DNA of 63,654 bases, counting the filler, from Pelomyxa schiedti (taxonomy: Eukaryota; Protista; Evosea), in NCBI GenBank assembly GCA_020536535.1. It is 10 parts of 10 records of this genome, joined end to end, with 100 filler letters (N's around TTAATTAATTAA, not from the genome) between each part and the next. Parts side by side here need not be neighbours in the genome. Positions count along the whole stretch, not along the records: positions 24,834 to 46,739 come from JAHLWZ010001070.1; positions 46,840 to 52,791 come from JAHLWZ010001461.1; 8 more parts are not named here. One strand, given 5' to 3'. Below, in pieces: positions 37,750 through 49,055 of the stretch; position 1 is the stretch's first letter, and the number at the start of each line of letters is the position of its first letter. The translations under genes and the position numbers were made by a program. The notes beneath the pieces were generated by a model. It did not search any database, had not been told where the DNA came from, and saw only the letters and a list, made by a program, of their open reading frames with translations.

Positions 37750-39102
37750 AATTGATGACACTCTTGCTTCAAGGGAGTTCGGTGACAATCAGGACGAGTG
37801 TGTATCTGCACTACAACAGTTGGACATTGCAATTCAGCCAGCTAATTTTCCGGCAATGCACAACAATCAGTTTGATGCGCTTCCTGCTTTCCTTGTTCCT
37901 ATACTGGCCAAAAACGCGAGGGCAACTTCTCAAGCTTCTTACGAAAGCACTCACGTGCAACACTTTATAACAATGTGCAGCACAATCCCGCACTGCAAAT
38001 ACCTCCGGCTCTTCCTGGATAATATATATGACAATACACCGTTTTTCCTGTTTCTTTCAGCCAAATGCATGACACCCGAAATTGCTACAATGCTGTTTGA
38101 AACTCCCCAGTTGAGAATTGGACAACAAGAAAGGTGGAATGTAGTTGGAGACATGCTCTATAAGAACCAATTCAGTGAGGAATCATTTCCACAACTACTG
38201 CCATTCCTGGAGCCTCCATCTCACTTTCAATTAAATCTCTTAGTTCACAATACCAGTATCAAACTATCAATGCTGCTAAAACTTCTTGCAGTTGTTGAAC
38301 ATTGCAAAGAGTTGCCCCTGGATTATTTTAAAGATAAGCCTGTTGCTAAGGCTTCGATGGGGGATCCAGAGAGACTCCGAACAGTATTATCTCTGGGATC
38401 GCCAATGGAGTCAAAAGAGTGCATGAAAGTAGCTTTTTCAGATGAGTTCCAACTTGTCTATCAAAAGCTTTCACGTGAAGGAGTTCAAGAGTGTGTCAAC
38501 ATTCTGTTATCCCACGGGGCAAATCCTGGTATCTTCCTCTTCATATATATTTCCTTTTTAATAGCTTTTCTTCAGAACACATTCTGGAGTCTCTCAGGCC
38601 GGAACCATACGGCACAATGTTTACACAAGGTCTCAATATTGCACTCAAACATGGTGCTGTTCTCACATCTGCACATGTTCACGCATGGTTCCCACCTCCA
38701 TGGACACTTGAAAGCCCAAACTACTTATATGACTTCAAACAACTTACCAAAACTGCCTATGAGTTGATTACTGTATGGCGTGAGGACTTGGCACTGCTTT
38801 GCTTTGATGCCACGGCCAAGGTGATCAGAGGAAGTGACTCTTTTGGCATCTATTCATTGATCAAGGTTGACAAAACAAAATTGCAGTCAATTTAACCAAC
38901 CTACAAAACAAAGCAAGTGAGAAAGAAAAGAGCAATGGTGCTACTTTCAGGTCACAACAGAGGGTGTGGGAGAGACAGTTCACTAAACAGTTTGTCACCA
39001 GGAGCCATTAGGGACCTTGCAAACTTCATTGCATTTTCCCCGTTTTCTTATGCAATTCACCCAAATTACCTGGCCAATGTATTTCCAGGTGTCAGACATT
39101 GA
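37750..39102 (+). CDS. Hypothetical protein ending in an HxRCG-like motif
   Basis: A long exon at 37820-38530 and a last exon RAMVLLSGHNRGCGRDSSLNSLSPGAIRDL. The start is uncertain. Confidence 0.55.
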
Positions 39103-39215
39103 CACAGTTGGTTTTTCGTGGTTTGAATAGAAACAAAAAAAAAACGGTTTTCTTTTGATTTTCGCGTTTCTTGTCTGTTTGCCCTACGGCAAACATACAT
39201 TTGGGAAAAAAAATA

Positions 39216-40531
39216 TTAGGGGCTTTGGTGCATGAGTATGTTGTTTACAAGTGTGGCACACTCATAGTGCAACAAATGGCCTGCACCTTTGGCTGGAATC
39301 AAACAACAGCCGGGCACAAGAGATGCCAAATGATTCACCCGGTCCCATGTCACAATGGAGTCTGCAGTGCCTCCAACGATGATTACCTTGGCCCACAATT
39401 GTGAGTGGCGTGCGGCCTGGGTGAGCCTTGCCCCGGTAATTACATCGTGAGACCTGACGGCGTTGGTGTGGCCCTGTATCCCCCTCTGTATCTGTTCTGC
39501 CTTTTCAGTCCCGATGGGGCATTCTCCTAATCCAAGGCTCTTGATCCTCCTCAGTCTCTCAGCAACAACTTCGATTCCTCCATGTGATTCTATTCCATCC
39601 TCAGAGACCAACATACGGGCCACTTGTGATAAGTCCTCGTTGATGTACCGCGGTGGTGGTTTGATACTAGAATTGGCACTAGAAGGTGGTGTATCTTTGT
39701 TAATGATGGTGCTATCGGTGCTACTTGTTGAGTTTGATGTTGGGAGTGCTTCTGGTTTTGAACGATGCGGAATTGACGGACACAGTTGGGGTTGTTGTGG
39801 TCTTCCTGCATGTGAGGCCAGAATAGTAAGTGAAGCAAACCGCGAAGGATCCAAAATGAACAGCTCCTATCATTTGCGAGTGAAATTAATGGCTTGATAC
39901 CATATCATCTCAGCTAAATATTATTGATTTACTTTAATTACGAGTCCATTCCACATCACTATGTAATTTACCTGGGCTATCATCCCACCCAGTGATATTC
40001 CAGCAATGTGCGTTGATTTTGGTGACATCCACCATCCACAGTGGCGGAGGACCGCCGCCGAATCACGTGCGAGAAGTTGTATGGTGTAGGACTCTGGCCG
40101 AGTCGTGCAACAACATGACATCCCTGTTCCGCGGTTGTCCATACACAGCACCGAATAGTCATTCCCATGGTCAACACCCAATGCCTGAATTTGCTACAAA
40201 AGGGAGCAGAATCAATATTAACAGTTCAATGACAAAATACTTATAAGAACAAGAAGCAATAGGCAAAGTATTCAAGAAAAAGATGTGTTGTATATAAATG
40301 TAAAACCCTATCCTGCAAATCTGTATGCTACGAACATACATACTTCCTCCCATCCATGATGAGAAATTCCGTGCCCCTCCAGCAACATGACGCGATTCCC
40401 ACCTCGTCCGTAGATCCAATAGTGAATCCTGCACTACAACCCACGCCAAGACCCCACAGTTGTGAGTGTCAACTACAACAAACATAACACAGCTTGATTC
40501 GAGTTGTAGTGTGTCCACACGCCATGTCCAT
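39216..40531 (-). CDS. Alpha/beta-fold hydrolase
   Basis: IHYWIYG, CMDNRGTGMS, nucleophile elbow HIAGISLGGMIAQ, GTADSIV and GAGHLL. The start is approximate. Confidence 0.88.
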
Positions 40532-40678
40532 ACACGAATGTCTACGTCGCCTTCGTCGTCCTCGATCTCCACGCACCCATGTACGGCCACCCTCTCGACC
40601 TCGGCCCAGTTCATTGTTGTGTTGGTTCCACGGAGAAAGCGAAGAAGATTACAGATATCGGATATTGGCTCGACGTGG

Positions 40679-43227
40679 ATGAGCGACGGCGATGCGGACG
40701 AGGAGCTGCAGCAGGCCATATTGCTGTCGTTGTCGGCTGCGCAGGGTGACGACGTAGAGGCGCGCGACTGCTCGGCGGCGACGGCCTCGGCGGCTGCGGT
40801 GGCTGCTGCTGCTTCTGCGACGCCGCGGCGCAGCGGCGAGGGCGGGATGCCCGAGTCGGAGCGGCACGAGCTGTCGCTGGACCTCAGCGAGTCGGTGCTG
40901 TGCGAGCTGCAGCGGGAGACGGAGGAGCTGCTCGTGGTGGAGGGCGGCGGCGCGGGGGCTCGCGGAGGCGGAGGCGGAGGCGGAGGCGGGGCGGGCGGTG
41001 GGCACGGGGCAGTGGTCGTGATAAGCGACGACGACGACGACACTGAGGAAGACGACGAGGCTGTGCAGGTAGTAAGCGCGTCGGCGGCGGCGAAGAGATC
41101 GACGGACAGGAGATCGCCGCGTGATCCCATAATGGCGGAGAGGATGGGAGGGAGTGGTGGTGGGGCTGCGGACGGAAGCGCGAAACCTGTGGGCGGAGCC
41201 ATAACGACGGGAAGGAGTGGCGGAGGTACTGCTAATATTGCTGTTGATGTAGGGACCGATGTGTACGATGAAGACGAAGCTATGAGAGAGGCTATCAAAC
41301 AATCAATGGCGTTGTATGTTACACTTTCACTCTGGCTTTTTACTCTTTTTCCTTTTGCTTTTGCTTTTGTTTTTGCTTTTTCTTCCCTCTTCTTCCTAAA
41401 AAAAGCGCGTGTGCCCTACTTATTCCAGTCTAAAAGGTTTCAATTGGAAAGGGAGCATGCTCAGACTACAACCTCAGTGCCTCCTCCATCAGCAACTGTA
41501 GTTTCCAATAAACCTTCCACAAATCCCAAGTCGTGGTTCACTGGGGATTCCATGTATCCAAATTACATCCCTGGTATAAATTCTATCGCTTCCATTTTTT
41601 TGGTAACTTGTTTATTCTATTTTTTAGTGTTGAAGGCGCAAGGAAATGTTGATGCAGTATCGTGGAAGGATATTATCAAGGCTGGTAGAACATTTCTGGC
41701 TCTTTTGAGTAGTTGACATCTCTCACAGATCGCAAGCCACCACAAGCAGCTCTCCTCACTGGCATTTATTCTATACTTTACTTTTCTGGAATACTGATAC
41801 CAAACATGAAATGAATTCTTCCAGCATATGATGTTGATGTGAAATGGGTAACAACAGAACTGCCATACACGGAACTGATAATTATACGGTGTGGTACGGT
41901 TTTAATCATCTTTCCATGCTTACCAACTCATTAGGCACTATAATCCCACAGTTGATCCTGCAGGTGTATTCAAAATTAAGCCAACTTTGACAATCATTCA
42001 CCCACCCCTTGCTACTGGGCAAAAATTTCATGCCAAAGTGATGCTTTTACTGTTTTCTGACCGCCTGCGGGTAGTTATTTCTTCAGCCAACCTTTCTGGT
42101 TTGCCTCGTTTCTATTACTGAATCCCTTACATTGTGGTAGAGCCAGATTGGTTTCAAGTTGGACAAGCAGTTTGGATTCAAGATTTTCCACGTGAGACAC
42201 CAGTGATTTTCCTGTGTCTCCTTTCTCATCTCTAGGAAGATTGTGGAGCAACACCATCTTCTCCATTCACCGATTCACTGAAGCAGTTTTTTGACGCATT
42301 TCATGTTGATATAGACCTTTTCTTGTATGGATTTGACACAAGAGTGGCAAAGGCTCAATTCGTTGCCTCAGTACCAGGTTATTACCCAGCACCCAAATGC
42401 CCCTTCGGTTTGGGAAGACTTGCTACAATCACATCTGTGAGTTTTCTTTCTCTATTGGACACTTTCTCAAAAAATGATCTATCGCAGAGCTTCCCCGCAA
42501 ATAAGCTGGATAGTGATCTTCATATAGTAACATCCTCCCTTGGGTTACTCCACTTACAATGGGTGACACAATTCAATAATGCTGCAAATCCTTCCCGAAT
42601 AACTAAGGGAAGGAGATCAGGTATCGGGAGCAAGACAATGCTAAACTAACTAAAAAAGAAAGTAATGTGCATGTGCTGTATCCCACAGAGGGTTATGTTA
42701 CTAGTTCTACAAAAAAAGGATTCAATGGTGCCGCACTTGTACGTCGTGCCATGTAAATGCCTTCATGTTCATCTACATTCAGATTTTCTTACCTCGAAAG
42801 TTGTGGTCTGCTGATTCCTTTTGTCGAGGAATTTTGAGGTGCCCTTTTAGTTAACACATCTCTTTTCTCATACAGCACAGACAAGTTCAATGGGCAAATC
42901 CGCACCGTGAACCCTTACTCTCACATGTCAAAGCCATACTCTGGACCAGTCCAGAGCACCCTGATGTAGCCCACACAATCTATATAGGGAGCCATAACTT
43001 TTCTATGAGTGCCTGGGGATCTTTCAAGCAACGGGATACCGTTTTAGGTTCCTCCAGTAGTAGTAAAACTACAATACATTTACTCTCACACAGAAATCAA
43101 GAACTATGAGTGCGGCGTCATATTCCCGTGTGAAGGCCAAGGGGATATCCACAACACAACTTTCAGAATTCCGGCAATACCCTATTCTGATACCGACGAA
43201 CCATGGATGGGTGCAGAATTCATGTGA
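40679..43227 (+). CDS. Tyrosyl-DNA phosphodiesterase 1-like (PLD superfamily) with N-terminal UIM-like motifs
   Basis: Two HxK..N motifs (FHAKVMLL..RVVISSANL; SHVKAIL..IGSHNFSMSAWG), plus KNYECGV and DEPW. UIM-like DEELQQAILLSL and DEAMREAIKQSM. Confidence 0.85.
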
Positions 43228-43399
43228 ACATCATGGTGGCTCTACATCACAACACTAAGCACCAGCCTTATTTTTTACTTGAAGAAAAAACTTTTTCATC
43301 AACAAAAATCTCTTCTTTTCATTCAGTTTTTCGCAATGTCAAAATACTAACAAAATATACACATACAACAAGGAATCGGGACCCTCGTAATTACGAGGA

Positions 43400-44600
43400 T
43401 TCCAATGATCAATAATGATCTCGATGACCTCAGCTCAGGAAGTGGCCTGCAATGTGACTACACTGCAAGAGGTTGGAGGGCGATTCCAATCTCTTGGGCT
43501 GAAGCTATCTAGGAGGGAGGACTGAAGGGGCAGAGTTGGTGTGAGGGTCTTGATGTTGAGCTTTGTTGGTAGTGGGTGGGTGGCTAAAAGCGGATTGGAA
43601 TTCACAGTAACTGGTGTTGTTGCACTGGTGTTGATGTTTACGGAATAAGTACGGGGTGGAGGGGTATTGTAGAAATGTGGCTCATTTGTTTGGTGTGTCC
43701 GTATCTGAAGAGGCTGTTGTGTGATAGGTGGGGGAATCAGCAGCGGTGAAGGTGAGAGAGCCGTGGGGTGGGGGCATTGGTGCAGAGCACCGGAATGAAG
43801 GGATGGGTGGACTTGGGGTTCAGGGATGCCCCAGGACTCCGCAGTTGGACGATGGGTGTCTGAAAGAATGCCTTTCCGAGAGTGGACTGGTAGTGAGTCT
43901 AAATGTACACGGCCTTGTGTGGCATTTGTTTTCGACGTAGAGGTAAAAACTTTCTTTATGGTATCATTTCTTGGAAAAAGTCAGTTGCAGAAATAGTGCT
44001 GGTATACATACGGAAACCACACATAACGGGGAGTGCCGCATTCAGTTCTTTCAATATGAGAGAAGGTCAATTTAAAATCCGGATGTGAAGGGTTGCTGTG
44101 CCCATTGAGTAAATACGGATTTTCAAGGTATACATACGTCGGGTGCCTGTGAGGGGAAGAACAACAAGAGTTCTTCTTCCTTGCACAACAGCAATCCCAT
44201 TCAAAGTATGGTCCATCAGTACTTTCCTTTCTGAGGTAGAAGCCACGATGAGTGTGTTTCATGTCAAGCTCTATAGGATCTGGACAGGCTCTATCACTGT
44301 GGAAACACGGGAAAATCTAACATAGTGTAAAAATCCAAGTGTGAGCCAAAAAATAACTAAATTTCCTCGAAAAGTACCTGCTCTATGGCAGACATCGAGC
44401 CAGTTCCGCGATTGAAGGCTGGAGGAGGATGCAAAGTTCTTCCCGGAAAAGAATGCTCCGAGCGTAATCCACCATTTACAGTAAGGAAAGAAGAGTGTTC
44501 TCTGCCGCATGGCAGTCCTTCCGTGAGTGATTTAAGTGGGAGCAATCTGGGCTTGGTCTACGTTGTAGTAGTAGTTAGAATTGAAAGGGGAACAAAAAAA
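43400..44600 (-). CDS. Hypothetical protein with a Cys/His-rich segment and Pro/Thr-rich tail
   Basis: HTHRGFY..WDCCCARKKNSCCSSPHRHP in spliceable exons. Boundaries are uncertain. Confidence 0.35.
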
Positions 44601-45076
44601 ACTTCAACGTTCTATCGTCTTTGTAATGTTATATCTAATTGGTTGGTGGAATGTTTGCTTGCATACCAAGTCAATGGGGTTACGTAGGTGATCAATCATT
44701 TTCAAACGACTACACTATTTACACCTACAACAAACAGACGTTACTCGGCCAGCTCAACAGACTCGGTTGTTGTTTGTGTACTATGTGTTTTTGTTATTGT
44801 TTCCTGTTTGTTGTGGTGAGTGTTCAGTACTCGAATTTGTTTTTTTTTTTCCTAACTGATCTCTACGTGTGTTTTTCGCACACGAAAGTTGAACAGATGA
44901 ACATCAAAAGAACGACGAGGTTGATAATTGATTTAAACGGAAGCGACGTCAGATCCGACGGTTGAAGGTTCAATCATTTCCGGGTGCATCGCACCCGTTC
45001 GTTTCCAAAAAGGAAGGTTCTGGCTAGAAGACTTGCACTTTGTTAGCTACTGCCATTCAATTCCTCGCGGCGTAAC

Positions 45077-46235
45077 TTAGTGTCGCGAAACTTTACTCCT
45101 TCTGGGGTGCCGGGATTGTCGAAGTGCCGCAATGGAAATCAATCCAGCAACGAGAATTATGGCTGTGAGAACCACCTTGCCTGGTGGCGGTGCGCGGTCT
45201 CCAAAGATAGTCCTCCAGATAGTGCGTAGTATTCGCCAGCAGGGCCGGAGAATGCTTTTCTTGACGGTTCGGAGCATTGTGGTGGGGTGTGTAGTGACGG
45301 TTGTGGTTGTGGTTGTTGCTGTTGTGCTGGTGGAAGTTGTGACTGCAGTTGGTGATGGGGTGGTGGTGGTTGTTGTTACCGCTCGCGGTTTGGTTGCGAT
45401 TGGTGTTTCTGGTGAGGTTATCTCGTGTTGGGTTGGAGGTGACAGTGTGGGTATAACCTCATTTGAGACAAGCTTTTCCTCGGCATGAGATATTACTGTA
45501 AGCAATGCCTAGACACATTAGCATATGCAGATTGAATGAGTGAAATGGTATTACTGCTCTCTTCTCGGATGTAATAAAGCCACTATCGTGAGCTCGCTGA
45601 AGTAATGCTCGGGCGTCTTCCCACATGCATTGAGGGATATACACATCAGTTACCATCAGATTCACTGCCCATTCACGTTCTATGCATGTGTCAAAAAAAT
45701 GTGGTAGTTAAGGGGGAAAAAGAAAGTTAATAATTACCTTGCACGGAATCGCGCGAGAGTACTTCGTTGAGATAAAGCGTTGCTTTAGGATATGCATGGC
45801 AAGCCAATGCGTAGCATGCACTTATAGGGTAATTAAGAAACAACCACCAGTCTTAATATATATAAGAAAACAAGCGTGGAGAGTTTTAAGAAAAAGAAAA
45901 GAAAAGAGGAAAGGAGCACACCAGACCGATAGTGTTGTGTGCGGAACATCTCCCATACTTCCGTAAAATGAGGTAAGTTTCGTGTGGAGCTCGTCGCAAG
46001 GACACTTCATCTGCACCATAATTTGAATTGACATCTCCTTGAGTTGTTGCTCCAGAACGTCAAGTGACACTTGTTGCTGGCTTCCACCATCGCCCTGGTC
46101 GACCAAGATCTCTCCTCCGCTGGCACCCGCACTCGGCGACGTCTGTTGCCGTTTTACGTACCGCAATCTCTCTTCGCACAACTCCAACGCCTCCTCGTGG
46201 CGCTGCATGTAGAACAGGTCGCTGATCTCCTGCAT
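45077..46235 (-). CDS. Tail-anchored helical protein, PEX26/APEM9-like peroxin candidate
   Basis: ALELCEE..IQIMVQM..LTSFYGSMGDVPHTTL..W; a C-terminal TM segment VVLTAIILVAGLISIAAL followed by the basic tail RQSRHPRRSKVSRH*. Confidence 0.5.
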
Positions 46236-46462
46236 TACAACAGATCTGAGAACCGGCAAATTGCCAGGTACATGTAAATCCAGCCATAATTTTTCTTTGG
46301 TTACTATGCCACCATACCATACCATGTGGAGGTGCGTATTAGAACAGTGAATCCTTCCCAAAAAAAACTATCTGGTCCAAAGAGCATAGGATGTTTACAT
46401 TACTTTTGGTGTTGGTGTTGGTGTTGGCCTTGCCACGTGGGTGTCGCCAGGACTTCTGCCCG

Positions 46463-46739
46463 CCTTGTCCGCTCCCGCAGGCAGGCGGCCAGACTCGCCT
46501 CTTGGGCCGCTGCCGCGCTGTGGCCTGCGGCCTGCCCCTTTCGTCGGCCTCCTTGCTGTCGCCCATGGCTTTTTCCTTTCCGCTCACTCCGGCATCCCGG
46601 CCCCTCGGCTTCCCGTGACCCGGCGCCCTGCGCGGGCTCGCCCGGCCCCTTGTCCGCTCCCGCAGGCAGGCGGCCAGACTCGCCTCTTGGGCCGCTGCCG
46701 CGCTGTGGCCTGCGGCCTGCCCCTTTCGTCGGCCTCCTT
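46463..46739. repeat. GC-rich direct repeat, 185-bp period, at the contig end
   Basis: 92 bp starting CCTTGTCCGCTCCCGCAGG occurs at 46463 and again at 46648. Confidence 0.85.
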
Positions 46740-46848
46740 NNNNNNNNNNNNNNNNNNNNNNNNNNNNNNNNNNNNNNNNNNNNTTAATTAATTAANNNNN
46801 NNNNNNNNNNNNNNNNNNNNNNNNNNNNNNNNNNNNNNNCGTTTCGTC

Positions 46849-48627
46849 ATGTCATCAAAGGGCACGTCTCGAGGGTCCGGCTCCAAGCGCCAACAGAGGC
46901 GACGCCTTACTACAGCCCAACGTAACACCCTCCACAGCAACAACACCCAACAACCGCCGCAACCACCTCTGCCAACACAAACACCAACGCAACCGCAACC
47001 AGCACCACCCCCCCAACAACGCAATCAGCATCAGCATCAGCAGCAAGTACCGCAACCAACACTAACACCAGCCCAACGGAAACTACTGGAACGAAACCCA
47101 TTCGAGGGTATGCCAGAATTCGAGGGTATCCCGCCACCAACGGTAGATGACCTCATGGCGATCTACACGATGCTCCAAGCCGGAGGCGCCAATCTGCCGC
47201 CACTATTTCCAAGTTCGACTCCAGGTGAATCGACGGGTGGAAGCAAGCGCGCGAAGGCGTCGGTTCACATCGACGCGCGTCGCCAGTACGTCGCGCTGGC
47301 CACTGCTTGTAACCCACGCTGCGGGTCTCGAAGCGGAGCGAGGCTTATGTCGACCATAACAGGCCACCTGTTCCAGCAATTGTGGTTCGACTGGATCAGG
47401 GGCACAGAGCTGGCGCTATTTGCGTCCGTGTGGAAGATCCCAGAGGCCGAGGCCGACGAGATTTCACGCATACCACCATCCAGAAGGGCAGCCATTAAGC
47501 CCCAAGAAAGTTACATGGCCGACGCGGCCTGCTTCGGCGTGTCCCTGCTGACCCTCGGCATCACCACCCACGCAATCGAACTCATGGACGACGGCATCAT
47601 GAAGGCCGACCTCAACCGCAGCGTGGTGCTCCAGAAGCAGCCCACCCTCGAGCTCTGGGACGCCGGCCGGGCCAAGGGCCCCAGGGAGATGGCCATCTGC
47701 GACGCCTCCTCCATGACCCAGGTCACCCACTTCGCGGCCAACGACGAGTGGGTGCTGTTCGCGGGCGCCGGCACCCGCCGGCAGGTCCCCCCGGTCCGCG
47801 GCTACTCCGCGGGATACGAGGCCATCGGCATAGTGGACATAGACCAGGGGAGGCTGGAGCCGCGCTGGGCCGCCAGGCACGTGCACCCCGTTCTGGTCCC
47901 GGTCCCCGGCCGCCTGGGCAGGTCCGCCGTGCTGCGGCTCGACTTCTTCCTCGGGGAGCCCATGGTCACGTTCTTTGAGGACGCGGGGGACGGCAGCGGC
48001 GACGTGATTTTCTGGTGCTCAGCGTTCGCGCCGATCGAGTCGTGCCAGTCTGGCATGCTCGTGTCTGACCACTCGTCGTGCTTTGGGCTGCCTCGCGGGT
48101 GCTCCCTGGAGACGGTGGCGAGGCTGAGGAAGAGGGACGGCGAGTGCATCTTGATTGTGGGAACCAACAGGCCTGTGGGTACCCACGACAGGTTCATTGA
48201 GGTTCCGGAGGGTCACTGTTTCCCAAGGAGCAACAGTATAAGGAATCTCGGCACAATGGGCACTGACTTGGTCACGATCAGTGACTCCCTGTTTGGGCTA
48301 TACTCGCCTGGTTGCTCGCCAATCTCGCACTTGTTTGAAGTGTGGGATTGCAACGACACATCCAAGCCACTCAAAGTGATACAGCTGCCCACGCAGTTTG
48401 TTCTGCCAAGCCTTGGTGCACCTCCAAGTGCCGCAGCAGCGGCAGTGAAGAAGAACCTGAGGAGGAAGGTTGAGGCGCTTTATGGATTTTTGTTTCACTG
48501 GGTGGACAACAAGTTGCATGTGATTGATGCAAGATCCGAACTCACTGTTATCACTCTCGATTTGCCCAGGTATTGCACCCAAGACCAACCCTATTTACCA
48601 CAATTCACAAACCATTCCCAGGGGTGA
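46849..48627 (+). CDS. Intact intronless HxRCG-family protein (592 aa)
   Basis: ARRQYVALATACNPRCGSRS ... FEVWDCNDTSKPL ... EALYGFLF..LHVIDARS. Confidence 0.8.
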   Translation: MSSKGTSRGSGSKRQQRRRLTTAQRNTLHSNNTQQPPQPPLPTQTPTQPQPAPPPQQRNQHQHQQQVPQPTLTPAQRKLLERNPFEGMPEFEGIPPPTVDDLMAIYTMLQAGGANLPPLFPSSTPGESTGGSKRAKASVHIDARRQYVALATACNPRCGSRSGARLMSTITGHLFQQLWFDWIRGTELALFASVWKIPEAEADEISRIPPSRRAAIKPQESYMADAACFGVSLLTLGITTHAIELMDDGIMKADLNRSVVLQKQPTLELWDAGRAKGPREMAICDASSMTQVTHFAANDEWVLFAGAGTRRQVPPVRGYSAGYEAIGIVDIDQGRLEPRWAARHVHPVLVPVPGRLGRSAVLRLDFFLGEPMVTFFEDAGDGSGDVIFWCSAFAPIESCQSGMLVSDHSSCFGLPRGCSLETVARLRKRDGECILIVGTNRPVGTHDRFIEVPEGHCFPRSNSIRNLGTMGTDLVTISDSLFGLYSPGCSPISHLFEVWDCNDTSKPLKVIQLPTQFVLPSLGAPPSAAAAAVKKNLRRKVEALYGFLFHWVDNKLHVIDARSELTVITLDLPRYCTQDQPYLPQFTNHSQG

Positions 48628-48629
48628 TG

Positions 48630-49004
48630 ATTCTTCAGCAGCCTGGGTTCCTGGACTTCATGTGTGGTGTCCTTACCCTCTCCATAGGCGCATCACCCCC
48701 GATCATGTTTCTAAGAAAAAAGAAAAAAAATAACGAAGAAACGCAATGGCAACCACACATCGTGTTCAGGGAACAGATTTTGGCATTGATGACTCGGTGT
48801 GGCGCGAGCAGCCCGGCGTCCTACCTCACGTCCCATAATCAGCCCCTCGTGAGGCTCTTGGTTGACAAATGGTCCCGCGACCAACGGCAGCACACAGACA
48901 CCAAAGACTTTGTAAGTGGTGACATCGATGATGATGATACGCGCACGGGACCAACTGCGCGCACTGAAACGTGTTTATTCTTTAGTATGAGATATTTCTG
49001 GTAA
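48630..49004 (+). pseudogene. HxRCG-family fragment
   Basis: PHIVFREQILALMTRCGASSPASYLTSHNQPLVRLL, close to the sequence at 52670-52790. Confidence 0.6.
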
Positions 49005-49055
49005 TTGTTTGGGTTGAAACTTCTTTTATTAATCAACTTTCAGCACTGCAAATCA

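Noticed and set aside
40171-41302. Long antisense ORFs (also 83-550, 13521-14321, 53091-53612)
   Set aside because: They are shadows of GC-rich or low-complexity coding sequence on the other strand.
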